DNA from: the human T2T-CHM13v2.0 reference genome, Homo sapiens
Length of the DNA stretch: 64,000 nucleotides
Reading direction: 5' to 3' (one strand)
Assembly: GCF_009914755.1 (NCBI RefSeq)
Contig: NC_060947.1
In this document: positions 18,939 through 37,128 of the stretch, piece by piece
How positions within the stretch are numbered: position 1 is the stretch's first letter
Layout of the letters: each line of letters begins with the position of its first letter
The notes under the pieces: generated by a model
Databases searched by the model: none
Seen by the model: only the letters and a program-made list of their open reading frames with translations
Told to the model about the DNA's origin: nothing
Position numbers and translations under genes: made by a program

Positions 18939-19810
18939 TGTATTAGTCAGCTTGGGCTGCTATAACAAAATACCATGAACTGAGTGGCTTAAACAACAGA
19001 TGTGTATTTCTCACAGTTCTGGAGACTGGGAAGTCTGAAATCAAAGTGACAGCTGATTCAGTTACTAGTGAGGGCCATCTTTCTGATCTGCAGGAACTGC
19101 CTTCTCTCTGTGTTCTCATTTGGTGTAGGGAGTTTCCTCTTCTTATTAAAGCTGCCGCTCATTCCATCTGAGGGCTCTACCATTATGATCCCATGTTATT
19201 CTAATTACTTCCCAAAGACCCCATCTCTAAACACCATTACATTTGGGATTTGGGCTTTGACTGTGAGTTTTGGGGGAACACAATTTAGTCCATAGCATTC
19301 TGCCTCCAGTCTTCCAAAATTTATATTTATGTCTTTCTCACATGCAAAATGCATTCATTCCATCCTAACAATCCCAGAAGTCTTAACTCATTCCTGTATC
19401 AGCTCTAAAGTCCAAAGTCTCATCTAAATATCACCTAAATCAGTTATGGATAAAATTTAAGGTACAAGTGAATCTGAGGCATAATTTCCCTCCAGCTGTG
19501 AGCCTGCAAGACTAAATAATTTATGTGCTTTCAAAATAAGTGGTGAGACAGGCATGGGATAGGCATTCCCATTTCAAACGGAGATATGGGAAGAAAGAAA
19601 GGCATGATGGGTTCCAAGCAAGCCCAAAATTTAACAATGTAAATTCTATTAGATCTTAAGGCTTGAGAATAATCCTCCTTGGTTCAATGTTTTGCCTTCC
19701 AGATCCACCGGGGCTGTAGTCCTGCTTACTAGGCTCTGCTCAGTAGAGGTCATGCTCCCAAGGTTCTGGGTTACCACAACCCCAAGGCTCCACAAGGTGG
19801 TCCTGACCCT
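18939..19810 (-). mobile_element. MaLR MLT1A-like 3' LTR (18939-19297) plus adjoining internal fragment
   Basis: tgtattagtc...gctgctataacaaaataccat...ggcttaaacaacag; LTR ends ccatagca; MLT-int-like sequence follows. Confidence 0.8.
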
Positions 19811-20123
19811 AGATTTATCTCAGTTGTCAAACTTACTTGAAAAAAATTATGCAAAGTAGTCACATGATTTAAAAAGAGTTCCTTTATTTTAGTTTATTTC
19901 CCCTTTGTAATTTCTAATTTTGTATATTTGAGCTTTCTCTTTCATATTTGATTTGATTAACTGTGTCATGTGCTAGCATATTTTGTGACTTTTTAAAAAG
20001 AATTACATTTAGGATTTATTTATTATTTCTACCATTTTTATTCTAACTCATTGATTTCTGCTTTACATTAGTTAAGTTTTTCCATTTCCTCTTAGTTTAC
20101 TTTGTTTTTGTTTTCTTGCTTTC

Positions 20124-23100
20124 CTTTTAACTTTTATTTCAGATTTAGTGGTACATGTACATGTTTGTTATACAGGTAAATTGTATGTTCCAGGGGTTTG
20201 ATGTACAAATTATTGCATCACCCAGGTAATCAGCAGAGTACCTGATAAGTAGTTTTTCAATCATCTCTCCTCTCACTCTCCACCCTCAAGTAGGCCCGTG
20301 TCTGTTGTTGCCTTCTTTATGTAAATATGTACTGAATGTTAAGCTCCCCCTAGTAAGTGAGAACATGAAGTATTTTGTTTTCTGTTTCTGCATTAGTTCA
20401 CTTAGGATAATGGACTCCAGCTCCATCCGTGTTGCTGTAACAGAAATGATCTCATCTTTTTTATGGCTGCATAGTATTCCATAATGTATGTGTACCACAT
20501 TTTCTTCATCCAGTCTACCACTGATGGACATTTAGGCTGATTCCATGTCTTTGCTGTTGTGAATAGTGCTGCAATGAACATAAGCGTACATGTGTCTTTA
20601 TGGTAGGACAATTTATATTCCTTTGGGTATATAACCAATAACGGAATTGTGGAGTTTAATAATAATTATGTTTTAAGTTCTTTGAGGAATTGCCAAACTG
20701 CTTTCCACAGTAGCTGAACTAATTTACATTCCCACCAGAAGTGTATAAGCTTTTTGAATCTGAGTGCTCTTGTGTTTGGTGTGCATATATTTAGGATAGT
20801 TAGGTCTTCTTGTTTTGTAATGTCTTTGTTTGTATTCTTTGATCTTTGCTGATTTAAAGTCTGTTTTGTCTCAAATTAGAATAGCAACCCCTGCTTTTTT
20901 CTGTTTTCCATTTTCTTGTTGGATTTTTCTTCATCCCTTTACTTTGAGCCTATGGGTGTCATTGCATGTATGATCGGTCTCTTGAAGACACTATACTGTT
21001 GGTTCTTGCTTCTTTATCCAACTTGCTACTCTGTGCCTTTCATTTGGGACTTTCAGATCATTTACATTCAAAGTTAGCATAGATATATGTGAATTTGATC
21101 CTGTCAGCCTATTTTTAGCTGGTTATTATGCATACTTGTTTGTGTGATTGCCTTATAGTTTCAATGAACTATGTACTTAAGTATATTTTTGTAGTGGCTA
21201 GAAACAGCCTTTTTTTTCCATATTTAGCACTTCCTTCAGGACCTCTTGTAAAGCATATCTGGTGGTAACAAATTCCCTTAACATTTGTTTGTCTAAAAAT
21301 GATTTTGTTTCTCCTTCACTTATAAATCTTAGTTTGGTGGAAATAAGATTCTTGGTTGAAAGTTGTTTTCTTTAAGAATGTAGAATATAGGATTCTAATC
21401 TCTTCTGGCTTATAGTGTTTCTGCTGAAAGGTCTGCTGTTAGCCTGAGAAGTTTCCTTTGTAGTAGGCCTTCTCCTTCTTTCTAGCTGCCTTTAACATTT
21501 TTTCTTTCATTTTGGCCTTAGAGAATCTGTTTACTATGTGTCTTGGGGATGGTCTTCTTGTGTAGTATTTCACAGGAATCTCTGCATTTCCTGAATTTAA
21601 GTGTTGGCCTCTCTAATGAGGTTGGGGAAGTTTTCATGAATGATATCCTGAAATATGTTTTTCAAGTTGCTTTCTTTCTCTCCCCCTCTTTCAGGGACAC
21701 CAATGAGTCATAGAGTTGGTTGTGTTACACAATCTCATGTTTCTCAGAGGTTTTATACATTCTTCTTTATTTTTTCTTTATTTTTGTCTAAGTTATTTTA
21801 GAAAGCCAGTCTTTGAACTCTGACATTCTTTCCTCACATTTGCTGATTCTGCTATTAATACTTGTGATTGTATTCTGAAATTCCTGAAGTGAGTTTTTAA
21901 GCTCTATGGGATCAGTTTGGTTCTTTCTTAAAACAACCATTTTGTCTTTTATCTCCTATATTATTTTACTGTATTCCTTAGAATCATTGGTTTGGGTTTT
22001 GACTTTATCCTGAATCTTGATAATCTTTGCTTCTATTTATATTCTTACTACTATTTGTGTCATTTCAGCCTGGTTAAGAACCATTGTTGGGTTACTAGTG
22101 CGGTTGTTTGGATTTCAGAAGACACTCTGGCTTCTTGAGTTGCCAGTGTTCTCACACTAGTACTTTCTCATTTTCGTGGGCTAATGTTCCTTCAGTCTTT
22201 GAAGTTGCTGTCTTTTTTTTTTTTAATTTTGTTTGGTGTCCTTGGACGTTTGATTGTGGTATAAGATGTGTTTAGTCAACTGGCTTCAGTTATGCAAGAT
22301 TTTAGGGAACCAAGGCTCAGCTCAAAACTCCTGGGCTGTGTGCTCTAACTCTGGAGGCCTGGTATTGGGACCCCAGCTTTGTTCTCTGGCTCTTCAGGTT
22401 AGTGGCCTGCTGCACTGGTGGGGCCAAAGTGTTCCGGGACTGCTGGTTACAATGCTCCAATTGGTGCATTGGAGCCAAAATGCTTCACTGGGCAGTGCCA
22501 GTGGGATCTGTGCTCATATGCATGTGTTAGCAACAGCAATGTGGTAGGGTGCATGCTTGTCAACTGTGCTGGTGGGCATGGTGGTGCTGGCCTCCATGTG
22601 GGCATTCACAGTGATGGCAGTGGTGGTTCAGCACATGGTGGGGTGGGGCCCTAGCATAGTGCATGTGTTCACCCTGGTGATGGTGTCAGCTTGGTGTAGG
22701 GAACCGGTGGGTTCAGGGCTGGTGCTCTCCATGCACTCATTCATTCTGCTGGCAGTGGTGGTACAGGGTGGGGTAAAGGGCCCCTGGGTTCTGTGTGCAG
22801 ATTCATACTAGTAGCAGTGTCAGTGTGGGAGTGAGGCACTGATGGCCATGGCACTGGAGCTCTCCAGCAGTCAGGCACACTCTGCCTGAGCTATAATATA
22901 GGCCCTCAGGAGCTATAATATAATATAGGAGCTATAATATAATATAATATAATATAATAAACAGGAGCTATAATATAGGCCCTCAGGAGGCACCCAGGCT
23001 CAGTATCTGAGGCTGCACTGCAAGCAACCATGTACAGGCTGGGGCCCTAGGAGAGGCCAGCAGACAGGGTTGTGCACAGGTTGGACCTGCCTCATCTCAT

Positions 23101-23606
23101 ATACCAGATTTTCCTGCTTTGTTCAAGTCCAGCAGTTCCCCTGAGGCTAAAGTCTCTGAGGGAAACAAGACTAGCTTTGGGGGATGGGCGTCCCTAGCCG
23201 TGCTCCACTACAGATGCTCCCACACCAAGACCCCTGGGTTTTACATCAGCTGGAGTTCTGTCCCTACCACCCCCTTAAGCAAATCTTCCTGCCAGCTCTA
23301 GTGTCTGTGGGGGTTGTGGGATCTCCGGCTGTCAAGATTCTAGATATCCATGGGGAAAATCTGTCATTTCTTGCCCACTCAACTCACCCCTTCCCCAGGA
23401 GTCACTGAGGGCCAGGAATGAGTCCTGATGTGTTCTAGCCCCATGCAGGGTTTCTAACTTCTTCCTCCTTTAGAACAACACCTGTGTCTTTCTTTCATCC
23501 ACTCTTAATGCCTTCCCTCCAAAGGTCTGCTTAGGGTGTGCCAGTCTTCCTGTTGTTCTTCCAGATGTTTCTCCTGGTTGTATCTAGTCGGCCATCTTGT
23601 CTGTCT
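20124..23606 (-). mobile_element. Old L1PA (PA13-16-like) with both termini and a ~3-kb internal ORF2 deletion
   Basis: 3'UTR/ORF2 end at 20124-20750 joined directly to the endonuclease 5' part; then ORF1 and 5'UTR ending ctagtcggccatcttg; approximate TSD ttttcttgctttc (20111-20123) / ttttctagccttc (23607-23619). Confidence 0.85.
22888..22989. repeat. Complex micro-duplication: 4 x GAGCTATAATATA with (TATAA)n expansion
   Basis: GAGCTATAATATAGGCCCTCAGGAG occurs at both ends, with partial copies in between. Confidence 0.9.
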
Positions 23607-25120
23607 TTTCTAGCCTTCTGAAATGTGTTTAATTAATTTATTTTTAATTTTTATTGATGTTGGTGTTCTTATATAGGTATTTAATATTATAAAATTTTAA
23701 AATATATTTTAAATATGAAATATCTTAAATATGAAATATAAAATTTCATCTGATATCTGGTTAGCCACATAACATAGGGTTTGATATTTCATGTTTTCTT
23801 TATTATTAAATTTATTACATTATGTCATTTTACTTTCTATTTCCCACTTGACTAAAAGGTTGTTTAGTACTATGTTTTGTCTTAGTTTTCTAGGTAGAAA
23901 AACCATTTTTTGGTAGTGGGATGACTGTTAATTTCTTGTTTTATTGCATTATAGTCAAAGAATGCAGTTTGTATAATATTTATTCTTAGAAATTTATTGA
24001 GATCTTCTTTGGGGCTAAAATATGGGTAGTTTTGTGAATGATTTATGGTCATTTAAAAAGAAAGTACAGTTTCTATGAGTGTGGTTTATGAGTTGAAGTT
24101 ATATTGCATATATTTTATTGATTATCCTGTTTAGTTGTTCTGCATTGTTACTATATTTTCCACTTGATTTGTACTGAACAGAATGAGGTGTGTCAAAGTC
24201 CTCTATTATTAATTCTTATTTCTATTACTTCTTGTATCCTTTATAGTTTCTGTTTTATTAAATTGTTGCTCCTATTGTGTATACAAATAATAATAGTAGT
24301 AATAATAAAGATAATTATCATAACATTGTGAATTTTAGTTACATTTCAAAGCATCCTTGTTCTTTTTGAGGCTTTTTGTTCTGAATTAGGTGTCAAAATT
24401 GTGAGTCTTGCTTTGTTGTTATTTTATTTCTATTTACCTGATATTACTCCATATGTCCTTATTTGTTGTTTTCTGCCTTTCCCTCTCTATCCTTTCCTTG
24501 TGGTGTTCCAATTTTGTGTATATAGACTGGAATAATCCTACAGCTCACTGACACTCTATTCAGTTTTAAAAGTTTTTTCTCTATGTTTTATTTTTATAGT
24601 TTCTATAGCTGTGTAATTAAGGTTTTACTGGGTTTTCCCTCCCTGCACTTCAGCTTGGAAACACTGAAGGCTGTATGCTGTATTTGTCAAAACTCCTAGA
24701 ACTCTACACCATAAACAAACAACTTTTTTGTATATAAATTGTAGCGGAAATTATAGGGCTCATCTTATTTGTTTTCCTTCTCTGAGTGATCACGGTCTTT
24801 TGTTGCCTGATGCCTCAAATCGTGGAAACTATTGTTTAATACACTTTGATTATTGATTTAGTTGTTTCATGTAGGAGAGTAAATCTCCTTTCTGTTACTT
24901 CATCTTGGCCCAAAATGGAAATTCTCTATGTACATTTCAAAATCAGCTTGATGGTATCTGCAAAACCTTGCTGGAATTTTGATCAATTGCATTGAATCTA
25001 AAGATCAATTTGGGAAAATTGACATCTTACCACCAGTATTGAGTCTCCCAATATAAACTTGGTAAAGCTGTCCTTTCATTTATATCTTCTTAGATTTCTT
25101 TCAAGTCTTTTGTAGTTTTC

Positions 25121-25220
25121 AATATATATATATTATACAACAAGCATGTGTGTGTGTGTATATATATGTTTGTGTATGTGTGTGTATATATATGTTTGTG
25201 TATGTATATATATATATTTG

Positions 25221-25270
<50 letters not shown>

Positions 25271-25289
25271 TACACATTCTTCACACACG
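25121..25289. repeat. Compound (TA)n/(TG)n microsatellite
   Basis: Directly visible. Confidence 0.95.
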
Positions 25290-26334
25290 TTTAAAAGGTT
25301 TACTCCCAAGTAGTTCATTTTTGGATAATTCTCTATTGCACTGTACTTAATGAAAGAAACTGGATTTAAAAGGCTAAATTCTGTATGATCCTTTTTATTT
25401 GATATTTTGGAAAGGCAAACTATAGTGATGGAGAACAGATCTGACAAGGGCTAAGGGTGGGTGGAGAATTTTACCATAAAAAGTAACACAGGGAAATGTT
25501 TTGGTACGTTACTTAACTGTTCAGTACCTTGGCTGTGGTGGTGCTTCCATGATTCTCTGCATTTGTCACAACTCATAGAAAAATTCACCAAAAAGAAAAA
25601 AAAGTTTATATGTCAATAAAAAAAAAACTCTCTGGTGAACATTTATTTCAGCAGGCCATCAATACAGTTAGGTTCATACTGTAAGTTCTGTCGTCACACT
25701 TTTTGGATAGTGGTATCAATGTTCAGTTTAGTAATAAAAGCTTTTGCTTATGCCAATTTGGGTTTCTATCACATTTGCGCAGCTTTAAAATAACCCCAGG
25801 CCTTTTGCAGGTTTATAAACAGTATTAGAAGATCCTCGCTTCAGCTCTCTCCCCTCCCACTCTCTTCAGCCTGAAGAATTTTCTTTTCCTTGTTCTCTGG
25901 TCAGAAAGACATTATTTCTCTCAGAGTTTTAGCTTCCTGAGATGCTCCTTGGCTGTTCTGCAAATGGGGCAACCCATATGAGTTAAAGTTACAAGATAAA
26001 AGCAAAAAAAAAAAAAAATGGAACGACTCCCTATATATGGATTATTTATTCACTTTGACACTTCCCAGTTTGCTTGCTTTTGTTTACTTTACAGGGTCTT
26101 CATATAGTTTCTTTTTGTTGTTGCTTCAAATTTTTCACTTATATTCAGCAGGAGAAACAGGATGTATTGGGCTTATGTTTAAAAATTCTTCTTTGTGACT
26201 CCTTTCATGTGAATGTAGGATTTTATTTGCCATCTCCTATATATGTCACTTTCTCTTAAATATTTCTTGTCCCTTTTTTATTCAGAAGTTGTTTACTTAG
26301 CTTCTGACTTTTTCCTTAAAAACTGGAATTCTTT

Positions 26335-26559
26335 AATGAGAACACATGGACACAGGGAAGGGAACTTCACACACCAGGGCTTGTCAGGAGGTGGGGGGCT
26401 AGGGGAGGGATAGCATTAGGAGAAATACCTAATGTAGATAATGGATTGAAGGGTGCAGCAAACCACCATGGCCCGTGTATACCTATTTAACAAACCTACA
26501 TGTTCTGCACATGTACCCCAGAACTTAAAGTATAATAAAAAAATGGAAAAAAAGAAAAT
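26335..26559 (+). mobile_element. Severely 5'-truncated L1PA (about PA7) 3'UTR
   Basis: aatgagaacacatggacacagg...cttaaagtataataaaaaa; TSD aaactggaattctt (26320-26333) / aaactggagttctt (26560-26573). Confidence 0.9.
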
Positions 26560-27725
26560 AAACTGGAGTTCTTCTAATGCTTATAGATTTAACATTTTAT
26601 TTTTTTATAGTATTAAGAACCTCTGAATTTTCAAAGCCTGTAGTTATTTGAAACAGTACGCAGAAAATTACATGGGTTATAAAGCACTAACTTTTATATA
26701 AGGCAAGAATGTAGTAAGAATTATGTTATTTGATATAAGAATCAGTGATGTATTTATTAAGATTTTCCTAAAGTTAAACTGTGTATCTAAGCCACGTAAG
26801 TGCTTAGTAAGTTATGATGGCACTGACATAAATATTTAAGATTATTTTTACTCTGAAAACACAGTGACTTCTAATTTTCATTGACAACTTAAAAATTAGT
26901 AAAGTAAAAATCTTCCTCCTTTTTACCTTCTATTTCTCAATATCACTTATGCGTTTCTTCTAATTTTGAATTGATTTTTGAAATACTTTTGATCAATTTC
27001 TAATTCTTTTCTGAGTTTTATTGTCTCATTTTTCTGAGATGTCTTATTTGTATTTTATATTTTCTATAATTTTCTTAATGTATTTTAGCTTATCTTGAAA
27101 TGTTAGATTATAATTTTAATCTGTTTTGTGGGATTGCCTTTCTGATATACTTTTTTCTGTCAGTTCTTATTCTGTTTTTCATATTCACTCTTTATTTCTC
27201 TGTAGCAATCTTGTATGAGATTCAGCCACAATACTTTTCTGTTGCTTGTTTTAACATGCCATTACTTTTTTGAGCTTTAGATAGGAAGGGTGGGTAGCAA
27301 GAGCTTTTCTAGCTTCATAGCTGTAGAGTTCCTTCTGTTGTTTTCACAAAATTATTTTCAAAAATGGCCCTTTCTTTGAAAACTTCTGCTTCTTTACTCT
27401 AACCTCAGTTTAGTTTAGATTTTCTCTCTTTCGCTCAGTTTGAAGATTCTTCTGTCTTTGGAATATCTCCTGATCAATTTTGGGGATTTTACTCAATGTG
27501 GGCCTTGTCCTGGGAGTTTCAGATGATTACTTTCAAGAATTGTTAGGGTGCAGACTGCTTCAACTCCTTTAACCTTTTTACAGATCACTTAACTCACCTG
27601 AAAATTGGAAGCATTCCCATTCTCAGCTGCTTTCTCAAATTAGTTTACTAAAATTTCCAGTGAGTAACTGTTTGCTGCTTTGGGGCTTTCTAGTTCCCAT
27701 ATGTGTTAGCTGCTGTGTCACTTCC

Positions 27726-28213
27726 TGCTATGGTTTGGACATTTGACCCTCCAAACCTCATGTGGAGATTTGATTCCCAATATTGGAGGTAGGACCTAGT
27801 GGGAGGTGTTTGGGTCATGGAGACAAATCCCTCATAAATAGATTAAAGGACCTCAGTGTTGAAGGGAAACTAGATGAGTGAGTTTTTGCTCTATTAGTTT
27901 CTCTGAGAGCTGGTTGTTAAAAAGTGCCTGGCATCCTCCCTCCCTTCTCTTGCTCTCACTTGCCACCACGAGATCTCTACACACTTGCTCCCCTTTGCCT
28001 TCCACCAAGAGTGGAAGCAGCCTGAGGCCATCACCAGATACCAATACCATATTTCTTGTACAATCTGCAAAACCATGAGCCAAATAAACTTATTTTCTTT
28101 ATAAATTACTCAGTTTTAGGTATTCCTTTATATCAACACAAACCGACTATTAGTTCCTAGGAGAGCTGATTTTTAAAAAGAACCTGGTCACTCCCTCCCT
28201 TCTCTCTCACTTC
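27726..28213 (+). mobile_element. MaLR MST-type LTR, left part (interrupted by the ERV; continues at 45916-46118)
   Basis: Starts TGCTATGGTTTGGA; MST motifs gtgggaggtgtttgggtcatgg and aaccatgagccaaataaac. Confidence 0.85.
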
Positions 28214-28628
28214 TGTTAAAAGAAAACTTCAGACAAGTTAAAATTAATGGAGTTTAACTGAGTGAAGAAAAGAAACGATTCACAAATCAGGCAGCCTCCA
28301 TAATCACAGCAGATTCAGAGAGATTCCAGGGTGCCTCGTGGTCAGAACAAATTTACAGACAAAAAAGTAAAGTGATGTACAGAAACAGTGAGATTGGTTA
28401 CAGCTCGGTGTTTGCCTTACCTGAACGCAGTTTAAACACTCAACAGTCTATGAGTGATTGAAGTATGGCCACTGGGATTGGCCAACACTCAGCTATTATA
28501 ACAGATCCATACTATTAAGTTAGATTTTCAATTCTGTCTGTTTATTAAGCTGGGTTATGGTTCATCCACAAGCACTCAAATATAGAAGTATGGAGTCCTT
28601 CTCAGGCCATATTTAGTTCCCTTTAACA
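28214..28628 (-). repeat. ERV 3' LTR
   Basis: About 90% identical by eye to 45482-45915; lacks a 20-bp segment; polypurine tract adjacent (attccccacttttgg, 28629-28643). Confidence 0.95.
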
Positions 28629-29066
28629 ATTCCCCACTTTTGGTCAATTTATAGAGATTGACCAAAACTTTAGGCATTGACGCCACTCTCTGCCACCATC
28701 ATAAAAACTCATTGGGTCTCAGTGTGGAATTCATTAGTCTTCTTTAGTTTCAGTTTGGAGTCTCACAAGTCTTCTTTGGTGTTAATATGAAATTTACAAG
28801 TCGCAGCTTTGTACCAGCTAAATGATTCTTTATCTTCTTGCTGATCTAGTTGGAGTGAGACCATCCAACTCTCAATGGATGGCTGTATACAAAACATTTA
28901 AGACTTAAGAGGATACTGCATGACGGGGGACTATCATTATGACTATCAAGAGGATACTATCAAAATGCCAAGGAGTACTCCTTAATAAGAATTCTTATGA
29001 AACAAACCAAACCAAATTAGCCAAGTTAAGGTTCAGACAATATAGGTAGTTTAACAGTATTAGGGT

Positions 29067-30555
29067 CTAATTTGTCAGAGTCTTAGTTTGCAGTATGATA
29101 GTGGTTAAGGACCATAGTTCGCTTGACTTAAAGAGGTACTCATTTTCATTGTTACCCTGGTAATACAAGTCATAATAACTTGGAAACCTACTAGAAAATA
29201 TATAAAGATCAGAAACCCTTGGAAAACACAAGCTTGCCATCCGCCACCTAGGATGCCTGCAAACCAACTGTTAGTTGCTCCTATAAACACATCATGGGTT
29301 CCTTTCTCTTGAGAGATTTTTTTAATGTATTTGGTGGCAGTGTCTAAGGAAACAGCAGTATCAGCCACCATTTTAATTAGCCTTTCTGTAGTAACAAAAT
29401 CAGGGGAGAGATAAGTACATTCATTTTTGTTTAAGACCAAACATAGGCCTCCAGCTTGAGCAAAAAAAAAAGATCTAAAGCTGCATGATGTTTCATTAAG
29501 TGTTTTTGTTGAATATGTATGTTGTCATCTACCTTTCTGAGAGTAACTTCTACATGTCTGAAACCCTGGGAGGTTTAATTGATTACAAAATCCAAGAATT
29601 TTCCCAATTTACAAATTAGCTTTAAATTCTACACAACTGGTACCCCACTACCACCAAGAGTGAGCCCCAGGAACCCCACTGGAATCTTTCCTCAGTAGAA
29701 ACTAGCTTATCCTCATCTATTTCAAGGCTAGTGCTAATTTCAGTTATTGATTGTTTTGGCCTCCGATTATAAGGGCTACCATGAGAATTTTCAGGGGAAA
29801 CTATTCAAAAGGCAGGAGCAACCCAGGCCAAATAACATGAACCAAACCAACGAGGGGGCAGAATAGAATATGCAGATTCTCCAGAGTCCCAATATGGACC
29901 CTCAGGGGTTGGAAAATAGGGTCACCTAGTTGCATTTGAGCAGGAATCTTTCAGGTATGTTTGACCATAAATCCACATAGTTCCTGAACAATGTTCAGTG
30001 GGAAATTTACTTTCTGCTGCCCCTTTATAGCAGGTTCTAAGAGTATATAACCACATCTAGTAAAAAGAGACCTAACTGGATTTAATCCAGTTACATTATA
30101 CAAGCAATCACTTGTACCAACATAAACAATTCCCTAATCTTGAGTGCATGATGCCTGGAAGCACAATATATCTTTTGCAGACATTACTTGGATTGTTTTT
30201 TTATATTTGGTAATGATCGAGTTATCAATTGAAAAAGTTAAAGTGTTGTTTTTAGTGAGTGTAGGAAAGCAAGTAGCAGAGATGTTTAGAATACCAAGAA
30301 TAAATTTCCATTCTTCCCTTGGAGTTTCAGGGTGATTCTCATTGGGAACGCAGAAGGGCATTGGCACCAGGGGAATCATTTCCTGATTTTTTGGCATTAG
30401 CCCACAAACCCAACAATTACTCTGGTTTTGTGCTAGAGCATAAGCTTGAGCTAGAGCCATCCACTGATTATGGTCCCATGGATTTTCCTATAGGGAAAAG
30501 GAAAGGATTAGGGCAAAAAATGAAGAAAACAGAAAAACACATAAGGCTTTCATGA
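29067..30555 (-). pseudogene. env: Degenerate gamma-type env (SU/TM)
   Basis: Hydrophobic signal-like stretch near 30550; SNCWVC (CxxC) motif; TM remnant ALDL..AQAGGLCLVLNKNEC (ISD/CX6CC-like); multiple frameshifts. Confidence 0.8.
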
Positions 30556-30599
30556 TGGTAGAGAAGTGTTGATCTGTGATCTTGATCTTGGGAAAGCTG

Positions 30600-32634
30600 T
30601 CTACAACTAGGATGCCGTCTGCTTCTTGGGAGAGATTTTCCTGGTCAGCTTTACCTTAAAGTCTTCAACAGATGTACAGTTCCAGGAGTCTGAAGGGGCC
30701 CTTTTGAGTTGTGAGATGTGGACTCAAGGCTCAAGGCCCTGAAGCTTCACTGCAGTGTGTGTGGTGAGAAGAACTTGATATGGTCCCTTCCAACCAGGAT
30801 CAAGAGCAGTCTTCCTCTGATATCATTTCCAGAAGACCCAGTCTCCTGGTTCCAGACCACGGAGGGTTTGATTGTGCTCAGCTGGTGGATCTCAAAAAGC
30901 TTCCTTTACTGGGTGGAAGTATACTTTGACATAATATATTAAAGCCTTGCAGTATTTAGTCATATCAGAGTTTAAGAGAGCAGAAGAAGCATGAGGTGCT
31001 ATTATTGGGGACATAGGCCTTCCAGTGACTATTTCATAAGGGGTCAATTTATGTTTTCTAATGGGAGTGGATATTATTGCAACTAAAGCCGAGTGTAACA
31101 CCTTTGGCCAAGGCAACCCAATTGATTCAGTTAACTTTGCCAATTTCAGTTTTAATATGCCACTGTGTCAGTAACATCTTATTTAACTGCTTTAAAACTA
31201 GCCCAGTAAAATGAGTTCCTCTATCACTGGAGATTTTTAGAAGGATTCCCCATAAAGGAAAAATATTTTCAAAATTATTACTTTCATAGCTGCAATCACA
31301 GCATCAGCTTTCCTACATGGGAAGGCCTCTATCCAACCAGAAAACATGCAAGCTATTACAAGAACATACAATACCCCATTGAGGGTGGCAACTGAATGAA
31401 GTCCATCTGTAAATGCTGAAATGGTCCATCAAGTGGTGGAAATATACAACCAAAGTTTTGATTGTTTTTCCAGGATTATGAGTTTGACAAGTCAAACATA
31501 GAGTATAAACCATTTTGGCAATTTTGGAACAGTCACTCTACCAGTATTTTTTCATAATTTGTATCATTTTGTCTGTTCCATGATGAGTTGTGGAGTGCAG
31601 AGCTTTCAATGATGGAAGCTTCAAAGACTCAGGAAGGACCAGGCAGCTGTCCAGGCCTTCTGTGAGTCTTCACTTCACATTAAATTTACATTCTTTTAGA
31701 TACCAACTTTGTTTTTCAAAATCATGTGCATCGCACGGTTTGGAACTTGGCTTGGGTTAATCTTATGGAATTTATTCAGATTGCATATTTTGACAGTTTC
31801 AGCACTAGCTGATTTAGCATAAAAATATGGTAAAGCATTTCCCTGATATTCAGGTTCAGTTCTACACGTATGAGCTTCAGTCTTAATAACAGCAATCTGC
31901 AATGGTAACAGGATAGCAGAAAGGAGCTTATCTACTTGGAGTCCATTTTTGGTGGGGGTCCCACTAGTGGTAAGAAAGCCTCATAGTTTCCATATCATGC
32001 AAAAATAATATACTACTCCGAAAGCGTATCTACTATCTGTACAAATATTTACTGACTTGTCCTTAGCTATATGACATGCTCAGGTAAGGGCAAAAAGCTC
32101 TGCAGGATGTGCTGACCTAAATTGAGGAAGAGTTTTCTTTTCTATTAACTCATTTTGCATGGTAACAGCATATCCAGCCTGATATTTTCCTTCTGAGTTT
32201 TTGGCATAAGATCCATCAACCAAAAGTATTAATTCAGGATCATCCAGTGGAGTATCTTGCAAATCAACACGAAGGGCCACGATTTTTGACATTACACTTA
32301 CACAATTATGGTCTTCACCATCGTCAGGCAGAGGTAACAGAGTAGCAGGATTAAGTAGATAACGGTGTTTTAGATGAAGATTAGAAGATAGGAGAAGTAA
32401 TTCATAAGATATTAGTCTACTCACTGAAAAATGCTGGGTTCAGGTGGAATTTAATAGACTTTCCCCAGCGTGTGGAACTTGCAAATTAAGTTCATTTTCT
32501 AAAACCAGATCTCATGAAGTTTCTACCAGGTTTGCCACTGCTGCTACTGCTTTTAAACAATTGGGATATGCCTTAGTGACTGGGCCTAATTGCAGGCTAC
32601 AGTATGCAATAGGTTTATGTATACCACCATGTTC
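30600..32634 (-). pseudogene. pol: Degenerate pol: connection/RNase H and integrase
   Basis: LNPATLLP, LLVDGSYAK, SAHPAELFAL (RNase H); CLTCQTHNPG (integrase zinc finger); LTPYEIVTGRPM (integrase core). Confidence 0.85.

Positions 32635-37128
<4,494 letters not shown>

Larger units (their letters stand above)
23620..27700 (-). mobile_element. Highly degraded ancient L1M-like sequence (several fragments)
   Basis: T-rich strand with L1M-like motifs (ttgcattgaatctaaagatcaatttgggaaaattgacatctt; taaagtctcctattatt-like); boundaries uncertain. Confidence 0.45.

Noticed and set aside
25090-25447. ORFs rich in Y/I/H/T or C/V
   Set aside because: Translation of TA/TG microsatellite
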